This document shows positions 16,191-21,759 of a stretch of DNA of 24,251 nt, piece after piece (the first letter of the stretch is position 1; each line of letters starts with the position of its first letter). Where the stretch lies: IMG/VR virus record IMGVR_UViG_3300027362_000069, positions 1 to 24,251 of that record. One strand, given 5' to 3'. The position numbers were made by a program, and so were the translations under genes. The notes under the pieces were generated by a model, which was not told the origin of the DNA, made no database searches, and saw nothing but the letters and a program-made list of their open reading frames with translations. Source of the DNA: a virus (taxonomy: Duplodnaviria > Caudoviricetes).

Positions 16191-16433
16191 ATGCCGAACC
16201 GAGCCACCTACGACATCGCGCTGCTCCGGCGGGACCTGATCGAAGCCGGCTGGATGGGGGCCGACCTCGCCCGCCGCGCGAAGATCTCCCCGATGACGGT
16301 GAGCCGATTTCTGAGCGGCGAGCGGCAGACGCCGCGGACGGCGAAGAAGATCGCGCAGGCCTTGGGGTTCTCGATTCGCCGGTATCTGGTCGCGCGGGAG
16401 ACCCCGCCGACGTCCACGGAGGCCATCGTATGA
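16191..16433 (+). CDS. Cro-like XRE helix-turn-helix regulator, 80 aa
   Basis: GWMGADLARRAKISPMTVSRFLSGERQTPRTAKKIAQALG; first gene after the rightward promoter. Confidence 0.9.
   Translation: MPNRATYDIALLRRDLIEAGWMGADLARRAKISPMTVSRFLSGERQTPRTAKKIAQALGFSIRRYLVARETPPTSTEAIV
16406..16433 (+). repeat. Direct repeat copy 1 (28 bp; contains SD and ATGA)
   Basis: GCCGACGTCCACGGAGGCCATCGTATGA; 26/28 identical to 16753-16780, last 18 bp identical. Confidence 0.9.
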
Positions 16434-16780
16434 ACGACCTCGGACCGTGTATCTCGGCGTGTCGCGAGAGGCTAGCGATGGGCCAGCGTGTAGGTCGGTG
16501 CTACACATGCGTCGAAGAGCTGCGGTCGCAGGCGCGGGTTGCTATTGATGCTGGCGAGCAGCTCATCGCCACGCTCAGCGCGGAACGCGACCGGCTTCGT
16601 GCCGCACTGGCTGCACTGGTCGGCACGGATGGACGCGCGGAGCTTGAACAATTGGAAGCCGTCATGCGGTTGATGCCGGCGCCGGCCCAGGATAAGGCCG
16701 TGACGATCGACGCGATTCATGCGCTCATCGCGACGTGTCCAGAAACGACACTGCCGAAGTCTACGGAGGCCATCGTATGA
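16430..16780 (+). CDS. Hypothetical helical protein, 116 aa, flanked by direct repeats
   Basis: GGAGG plus ATGA start; N-terminal CxxC...CxxC; ends STEAIV like the upstream HTH gene. Confidence 0.75.
   Translation: MNDLGPCISACRERLAMGQRVGRCYTCVEELRSQARVAIDAGEQLIATLSAERDRLRAALAALVGTDGRAELEQLEAVMRLMPAPAQDKAVTIDAIHALIATCPETTLPKSTEAIV
16753..16780 (+). repeat. Direct repeat copy 2
   Basis: GCCGAAGTCTACGGAGGCCATCGTATGA. Confidence 0.9.
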
Positions 16781-16911
16781 CGAGGATGCAGCAGTTGCAC
16801 GCGCGGGAAGACGCGGAGGCGAACTCACGGATGGGGATCCTCCCGATCCTCTGTTACGTCGTGGTGCTCTATGTGCTCGGGCTCGCCTTCGTGGCCTGGC
16901 GCTGGTGGTAG
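16777..16911 (+). CDS. Small C-terminal-TM protein, 44 aa (not in ORF track)
   Basis: MTRMQQLHAREDAEANSRMGILPILCYVVVLYVLGLAFVAWRWW*; GGAGG plus ATGA start. Confidence 0.75.
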   Translation: MTRMQQLHAREDAEANSRMGILPILCYVVVLYVLGLAFVAWRWW

Positions 16912-17105
16912 TCAGCCGGCGGGGGTTCCTCTGGGCGCTCCTGCTGGTCACGGCGCGGCCGCAGGCCTGCCCAGCGCCCTGGGTGGGGTTGCATCCGGCC
17001 GTGGAGGCCTACTATCGCAGCCTCGGGGTGTCGTTGCGAGAACTAGAGCGGATTGGGCGATACGGCGGCGCCCCGCAGGCGCTGCAACGGGAGCGGCACC
17101 GATGA
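16905..17105 (+). CDS. Small protein with N-terminal SRRGFL (Tat-like) motif, about 66 aa
   Basis: GTG 16905 start inferred; its stop is ATGA-coupled to the next ORF. Confidence 0.55.
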   Translation: MVVSRRGFLWALLLVTARPQACPAPWVGLHPAVEAYYRSLGVSLRELERIGRYGGAPQALQRERHR

Positions 17106-17236
17106 TCAAATTACCGGAGGTTGGGATGGCACTGTTCCTCTTCGTAGTCGGGGCGATCCTGCTGACGCTGCTCGCGGGCGTGCAACCGACTCCCTCTCGG
17201 GTCCAGGTGCAGGCGCCGGTGCGGGGGCTCAAGTGA
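17102..17236 (+). CDS. Small single-TM protein, 44 aa
   Basis: MIKLPEVGMALFLFVVGAILLTLLAGV...; SD GGAG; ATGA and GTGA overlaps. Confidence 0.7.
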   Translation: MIKLPEVGMALFLFVVGAILLTLLAGVQPTPSRVQVQAPVRGLK

Positions 17237-17541
17237 CCCTGCCGCGGTGGATCGCGCGCTGGTGGGCGCCGCCGGAGTCGATCTGCGAACAGCGGCTGCG
17301 GGCCTGGTTCCCTGAGGCGTACGAAGATCGCAAGGCGGGCCGCGTGCCACCTCCGCAGAGTGGCGCCTCCGTCGTCCGGCCTGACGCGCCGACGGCCTTC
17401 GCGCTGGCGCATCCGGACCCTACGGCGCAGTATGCCATCGAGATCCGGGCGCTGCTCGACGCCGCCTACAGGGCCCCGCAGACGGACAAGCTGGTCCGGC
17501 CGCATCAGCTAGATCGGGATGGCCAGGAGATCCGGCACTAG
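17233..17541 (+). CDS. Hypothetical protein, 102 aa
   Basis: GTGA overlap; plausible codon usage. Confidence 0.65.
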   Translation: MTLPRWIARWWAPPESICEQRLRAWFPEAYEDRKAGRVPPPQSGASVVRPDAPTAFALAHPDPTAQYAIEIRALLDAAYRAPQTDKLVRPHQLDRDGQEIRH

Positions 17542-17572
17542 GGGTTATTCTAGGGGCTGGAGGTTGACAACG

Positions 17573-17746
17573 ATGAGCGACACGAACAAACCGACGGCGC
17601 CGCCGAAACCGGATCAGGGTCTGCCGGTCACGCCGGGGCCAGGACGCCCGGATCCGGGTCTGCCTGGCAAGCCTGGTGACCGTCCAGATCAGGGCCTGCC
17701 AGGAAAGCCGGGGGATCGGCCGGGGACACCGGAGCCGAAGGAGTAA
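17573..17746 (+). CDS. 57-aa Pro/Gly-rich repeat peptide (PD[Q/P]GLP x3)
   Basis: SD GGAGG at 17559-63; protein repeats encoded with synonymous codon differences. Confidence 0.8.
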   Translation: MSDTNKPTAPPKPDQGLPVTPGPGRPDPGLPGKPGDRPDQGLPGKPGDRPGTPEPKE

Positions 17747-17747
17747 G

Positions 17748-17775
17748 AAAAAAAGCCCCGGCGCCAACCGAGGCT
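17748..17775 (-). terminator. Intrinsic terminator oriented for leftward (antisense) transcripts
   Basis: Minus strand AGCCUCGG-UUGGCG-CCGGGGCU followed by a U tract (A run 17748-17754 on +). Confidence 0.6.
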
Positions 17776-17797
17776 CTCAAACCAGAAAGGATCGAAC

Positions 17798-18037
17798 GTG
17801 GACAAGCCAGTCTCTCACAGACCGCCGCCGACGGCAAACGTCATCACCAAAGAAGAAGCCGAGTACGCCCTCGACCGCGAGGAATTCGACCGCCTGATGC
17901 AGCGGCGGGGGAACGACACCATCCTGCTCTGGTGGCACGAGACGACCCTCAATCTCGCCCGCCGCGGGTACTCGGTCTCCCGCGAGACCCTGCGTGCCGA
18001 ACTGGGGCCATCGACGCCGGGAGATCCCCGCCGATGA
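17798..18037 (+). CDS. Hypothetical protein, 79 aa
   Basis: SD AAAGGA, GTG start, ATGA-coupled stop. Confidence 0.7.
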   Translation: MDKPVSHRPPPTANVITKEEAEYALDREEFDRLMQRRGNDTILLWWHETTLNLARRGYSVSRETLRAELGPSTPGDPRR

Positions 18038-18231
18038 CTGCCTGTTTTTCTCGGCAGTCGCTTACCCTCGACGCGACCGGCCGCCCCACGCGGCACTGGT
18101 CTGGCCGCAACGAAGCGGTCAAGGTATTGCGCCAGTTCGTCAATACCTATCAGCCGCAGCATCTGAGTCAGGACGAAGCGACCGACGTGGTCGAGAGCAT
18201 ACTGCGCGCGTATCTCAACGATCTGCGATGA
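18034..18231 (+). CDS. Hypothetical protein, 65 aa
   Basis: ATGA overlaps at both ends; GGAG upstream. Confidence 0.65.
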   Translation: MTACFSRQSLTLDATGRPTRHWSGRNEAVKVLRQFVNTYQPQHLSQDEATDVVESILRAYLNDLR

Positions 18232-18482
18232 CCATCCTCCAGATCGCCCAGGGCCACGGCCCCAGCCTGGACGGCCTCACCCGAGACGAAGCGGTGCGGC
18301 AGTTGACCGTGGCCGACGCGGAGTTCCTGGTGAAGTTTCCGCAGTGCGTGCCGTATCACCAGCCAGCTTGGCAGGAGCTCGAGGCCAACGATGGCGACAC
18401 GGCCCCATGGGGGCATGAATGGTATCAGGTGGTCGACGGCGTTCTACAGATGCACTCGTCCGACTACGACTCATCGGATTAG
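18228..18482 (+). CDS. Hypothetical acidic protein, 84 aa
   Basis: ATGA overlap; ends DYDSSD. Confidence 0.65.
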   Translation: MTILQIAQGHGPSLDGLTRDEAVRQLTVADAEFLVKFPQCVPYHQPAWQELEANDGDTAPWGHEWYQVVDGVLQMHSSDYDSSD

Positions 18483-18489
18483 GAGACCC

Positions 18490-19302
18490 ATGACTACCGC
18501 AATGACAGAGAAACCGGCGCCGCTCGACCCGCGCATCGTGCAACAGGTGCTGCTCGGGGGCGACCTCTCCAAGCTCACCGAAGCCCAGCGCGTCGTGTTT
18601 TATAACCGCGTCTGCGAAACGCTCGGCCTGAACCCGCTGACGCACCCATTCGCCTATCTGAAACTGAACGGGAAAGAAGTGCTGTATGCCAAGAAGGACG
18701 CGACGGAGCAGCTCCGGTTCATCCACGGCATCAGCATCGACCCAAAGGGCTTCACGCGCGAAGTGATCGAGGGTGTCTACGTGGTGACGGCGCCGGCGTC
18801 GATGCCCAACGGTCGCACCGACGTGTCAACCGGGGCCGTGCCCATCGACGGGCTCAAGGGCGAGAACCGGGCCAACGCGATGATGAAGGCCGAGACGAAG
18901 GCGAAGCGCAGAGTAACACTGTCGATCTGTGGGCTGGGGATGCTCGACGAGACCGAAGTCGATACCATCCGCCACGAGGCGCCGCCGCTCATCGTCGAGG
19001 TCGCGCCGACCCGTCCGCCGGCGCCCGAGGGGTTCGTCTACCTCGAGCGCATCGACGCCAAGACGACCAAGGGTGGGCGCGCCTATGCCGACGTGACGCT
19101 GAGCACGGGCGAGATCGTGATGGCATTCGGGCAGATGGTCAAGCTGCTCGAAGGGCTGGCGCAGGATCAGTCCGCCGTCAAACTCACGACCGAGAAGACT
19201 AATAAGGGCTTCACACACATCATCGAGGCCCACACCGTGTCCACCGTCGAGACGCCGAAGCCGGCGGCCGATCCGTTGACCGCGGCCGACATCCCGTTCT
19301 AG
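18490..19302 (+). CDS. Single-strand annealing protein (RecT/Red-beta/Rad52 superfamily) with extra C-terminal domain and DIPF tail, 270 aa
   Basis: GDLSKLT..QRV.FYNRVCETLGLNPLT.PF...NAMMKAETKAKRRVTLSICGLGMLDETEV; SD AGGAG. Confidence 0.8.
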   Translation: MTTAMTEKPAPLDPRIVQQVLLGGDLSKLTEAQRVVFYNRVCETLGLNPLTHPFAYLKLNGKEVLYAKKDATEQLRFIHGISIDPKGFTREVIEGVYVVTAPASMPNGRTDVSTGAVPIDGLKGENRANAMMKAETKAKRRVTLSICGLGMLDETEVDTIRHEAPPLIVEVAPTRPPAPEGFVYLERIDAKTTKGGRAYADVTLSTGEIVMAFGQMVKLLEGLAQDQSAVKLTTEKTNKGFTHIIEAHTVSTVETPKPAADPLTAADIPF

Positions 19303-19306
19303 GGCC

Positions 19307-19654
19307 ATGAGCACCGTCCGAGACATGGTGAAAGCGATCCAGGTGGAGATTCGGCAGACGCCTGATCTCCAGCCGGACCGGGCCGCAGAGATGCTGACAA
19401 AGCTGGCGGCGCTGCTCGGGAACATCGGCGACGAGGAGCTCGCGGCCGACCTCGCGTTCAACGCGGTCAATCTGGCGCTCTACCAGGAGCACGGGGCGGC
19501 GAGCCGCGCGAAGCTGTTTGCCGAAGTCACGCCGGAGTATCAGCGCAAGCGAGAAGCGAAGGCGTGCGGCGTGCTAGCGGTGGAGCTAATCCGGAGCCTG
19601 AAGGCGTTTCTGCGAACCAAAGAACAGGAGCGGACATGGGCGGGACACCAATAA
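19307..19654 (+). CDS. Hypothetical all-helical protein, 115 aa (possible recombination mediator)
   Basis: Clean ORF directly after the SSAP; function inferred from position only. Confidence 0.7.
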   Translation: MSTVRDMVKAIQVEIRQTPDLQPDRAAEMLTKLAALLGNIGDEELAADLAFNAVNLALYQEHGAASRAKLFAEVTPEYQRKREAKACGVLAVELIRSLKAFLRTKEQERTWAGHQ

Positions 19655-19839
19655 CGGATTACGACGTCGTGGACGCGATGCGGACCTATGGCGGCAGTTT
19701 TGTGCAGGCTATTGCTTCGGCGTTCTTCCGAGCCGACCGCGATAACCAGCAGATTATCAAGGCCGCATGGCCTGAGATATGGGCCGAGTATGCCGACATG
19801 GCGCGGCTACGGGCGGAGCGCGAGGCGGCAAGGAGATGA
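19636..19839 (+). CDS. Hypothetical phage protein, 67 aa (YGGSFV..IA.A...AD..N motif)
   Basis: SD AGGAG; ATGA-coupled to the MTase. Confidence 0.75.
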   Translation: MGGTPITDYDVVDAMRTYGGSFVQAIASAFFRADRDNQQIIKAAWPEIWAEYADMARLRAEREAARR

Positions 19840-21188
19840 GCCTGACGGTGGGCAGTCTCTTTGCGGGCATCGGCGGGTTCGACCTGGCCGCTGAGCGTGT
19901 CGGGTTTGAAGTCAAGTGGCAGGTTGAGATCGATCCATTCTGCCGGCGGGTGCTCGAGAAGCACTGGCCGCATGTGAGGCGGTACGAGGATGTCAGACAG
20001 ACGCATGTGGCCGACGCCACGCACATCGGACATAGCGGCGGGACGGCGACTGGATCGGCACGGCAACCGGACGAATCTAGCGGGGACGATGGTGTATGGA
20101 GCAAACCTGTCGGACGCCGTGACATGGACGCCGCCGGATGTGCAGGATGTCTCCCAGCCGTCGATGTTCTCTGCGGAGGATTTCCCTGCCAGCCCCACTC
20201 CCTGGCTGGCAAACGTGGCGGAGCTGCCGACTCGCGCGACCTCTGGCCCGAGTACGCCCGACTCATTCGCGAGCTTAGACCCCGATGGGTCGTGGCGGAA
20301 AACGTGCCAGGGCTACTCTCAAATGACGCTGGACGGTTCTTTGGAGGCATTCTCCGAGACCTGGCCGCGTGCGGGTATGACGCGGAGTGGGACTGCGTAT
20401 CAGCTAGTGCCGTTGGCGCCCCTCACCGGAGGGATCGCGTCTGGATCGTGGCCTACCCCAACGGCAAACGATTACAAGAACGCGGGCTATCAGACGGCGA
20501 ACGGTCGCGTGTATGTGACGCTGCCTGGAGCAACCGGATCGGCGCCAGTGAAGTGGCCGACGCTAAAATCTTCACCGAGCGGGCCGGACTATGCACGACG
20601 GAATCGGGAGGGCAGCGGGGGGGACGATTTAGCGACGGTGGTTGGTGGGCAGTTGAACCCAACGTGGGTCGAGTGGTTGCAAGGCTATCCGCTCGGCTGG
20701 ACGGAGGTCGACTGAATGGGCAGACCTCGACTGGCGGAACCGCAGAAGTGTTGCGCGCGCTGCGGAACGGAGTACCGGCGCCAGATCTTCAATGGCCGGC
20801 TCGAGGATTTGGGGGCATTCAAGCGACGGAAGTACTGCTCGCTGACGTGTGCGAATACCAAGGTCCGGCCAAGCCATTGGGAAACGTATCACTGGCGAGC
20901 GAGGAAACATCGGGGGCCGTTGTGCGAGGCGTGTGGTTCGACGGCGCGGCTACATGCCCATCATGTCGACGGGAAGCCAGAGAACAATGCGGCCGAGAAC
21001 ATCCAGACACTCTGCGTGTTCTGTCACGGATTCTTACATGCGACTGCAGAGCGGCTTGGCTGGACCCAACCGGGACGCCTTCCAAGACTTCTCGCGTGGA
21101 CCGACTTAGAGGACTCGGCAACGCCATCGTCCCCCAAGTCGCGGAGTGGATCTTCCACCGGATCAAAGACGCGGAAGGGCTAAGCTGA
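19836..21188 (+). CDS. DNA (cytosine-5) methyltransferase, alpha-type polypeptide (motifs I-VIII and X; no recognisable motif IX), 450 aa
   Basis: LFAGIGG (I), VEIDPF (II), GGFPCQ (IV), AENV (VI), APHRRDRVWIVAY (VIII), RLRGLGNAIVPQVA (X). Confidence 0.93.
   Translation: MSLTVGSLFAGIGGFDLAAERVGFEVKWQVEIDPFCRRVLEKHWPHVRRYEDVRQTHVADATHIGHSGGTATGSARQPDESSGDDGVWSKPVGRRDMDAAGCAGCLPAVDVLCGGFPCQPHSLAGKRGGAADSRDLWPEYARLIRELRPRWVVAENVPGLLSNDAGRFFGGILRDLAACGYDAEWDCVSASAVGAPHRRDRVWIVAYPNGKRLQERGLSDGERSRVCDAAWSNRIGASEVADAKIFTERAGLCTTESGGQRGGRFSDGGWWAVEPNVGRVVARLSARLDGGRLNGQTSTGGTAEVLRALRNGVPAPDLQWPARGFGGIQATEVLLADVCEYQGPAKPLGNVSLASEETSGAVVRGVWFDGAATCPSCRREAREQCGREHPDTLRVLSRILTCDCRAAWLDPTGTPSKTSRVDRLRGLGNAIVPQVAEWIFHRIKDAEGLS
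19990..20715 (+). CDS. Nested +1-frame C5-MTase beta-type polypeptide (three WPT modules and motif IX-like segment), 241 aa
   Basis: GQLNPTWVEWLQGYPLGWT resembles motif IX; WPTPRTSD, WPTPTAND, WPTLKSS modules; FSETWPRAGMTRSG. Start could be 19990 or 20005. Confidence 0.8.
   Translation: MSDRRMWPTPRTSDIAAGRRLDRHGNRTNLAGTMVYGANLSDAVTWTPPDVQDVSQPSMFSAEDFPASPTPWLANVAELPTRATSGPSTPDSFASLDPDGSWRKTCQGYSQMTLDGSLEAFSETWPRAGMTRSGTAYQLVPLAPLTGGIASGSWPTPTANDYKNAGYQTANGRVYVTLPGATGSAPVKWPTLKSSPSGPDYARRNREGSGGDDLATVVGGQLNPTWVEWLQGYPLGWTEVD
20716..21183 (+). CDS. Nested HNH endonuclease with N-terminal Zn finger, 155 aa
   Basis: CARCG...KYCSLTC; CEACG...LHAHHVDGKPENNAAENIQTLCVFCHGFLH; own SD GGAGG at 20703-07; ATG abuts the beta stop. 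Confidence 0.88.
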   Translation: MGRPRLAEPQKCCARCGTEYRRQIFNGRLEDLGAFKRRKYCSLTCANTKVRPSHWETYHWRARKHRGPLCEACGSTARLHAHHVDGKPENNAAENIQTLCVFCHGFLHATAERLGWTQPGRLPRLLAWTDLEDSATPSSPKSRSGSSTGSKTRKG

Positions 21189-21496
21189 TGCCGTTTACCG
21201 ACTCGCAACCTGCGCTGCCATTCGCCGGCAAGACCCCGACGAGCCGGCACTGCAGCCACCAGGCGGCCGTCTCTGCGGCCTCCACGCGCGTCCTGAAATC
21301 GCAGAGGTATCTCGACTGGCTCCGGCTGCAGGGCCGGCTCAGCGACCATCAGGCCGCCGACGATCTTGGCTGGCCGCTCTCGAGCATCTGCAGTATCCGC
21401 AATGGCCTGTTCGACCGGGGGCTGATCGAGGTCGCCGGCACCATCGAAGGCCCATACCACAAGCGCGTGACGCTCTGGCGCGCGGTGCAGGGGTGA
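21188..21496 (+). CDS. Winged-helix DNA-binding protein, 102 aa
   Basis: LSDHQAADDLGWPLSSICSIRNGLFDRGLIEVAG...VTLWRA; TGATG overlap. Confidence 0.75.
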   Translation: MPFTDSQPALPFAGKTPTSRHCSHQAAVSAASTRVLKSQRYLDWLRLQGRLSDHQAADDLGWPLSSICSIRNGLFDRGLIEVAGTIEGPYHKRVTLWRAVQG

Positions 21497-21717
21497 CGAC
21501 CCTAGAACTCGCCGAGAAGATCGCCACGGCCGTCATCCGCGCGACGCAACCGGCCGGCATGGCGCCCTACGGAGATGCGGCGACGCAAGCCGTGCTGACG
21601 ACGCTGATTGCGAACGAGTCCTGGTTCTGCAGGCTCAGGGTCGAGGAGTTGGCGGACGGGACGCACGGCGCAACGCACGAAGAGCCCTACGAACGTGTGC
21701 AGGGGGAGTTGTTCTAG
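21493..21717 (+). CDS. Hypothetical protein, 74 aa (C-terminal QGELF, resembling a beta-clamp-binding motif)
   Basis: GTGA overlap. Confidence 0.6.
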   Translation: MTTLELAEKIATAVIRATQPAGMAPYGDAATQAVLTTLIANESWFCRLRVEELADGTHGATHEEPYERVQGELF

Positions 21718-21724
21718 TCACGTC

Positions 21725-21755
21725 TTGATGTTGTAATCAAAATGGCTTACAGTAA
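21725..21755 (+). promoter_or_regulatory. Putative promoter of the initiator gene, overlapped by an iteron copy
   Basis: TTGATG 21725-30, 17 bp, TACAGT 21748-53, 6 nt before GTG 21760; AT-rich; GCTTACAGTAA 21745-55 is identical to 22134-44. Confidence 0.55.
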
Positions 21756-21759
21756 TCTC

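Noticed and set aside
16406-16780. Direct repeats as CRISPR repeats, att sites or IS target duplication
   Set aside because: Only two copies 347 nt apart around a gene; no cas, integrase, transposase or terminal inverted repeats.
17564-17569. Perfect TTGACA
   Set aside because: No -10 hexamer at 16-18 bp spacing; it lies between an SD and its start codon.
20692-21104. Group I intron or intein explanation for the HNH insert
   Set aside because: The 399 nt are almost entirely HNH coding, leaving no room for a ribozyme core. The HNH is out of frame with the host protein, and the MTase-frame insert lacks intein Cys/Ser...His-Asn ends.
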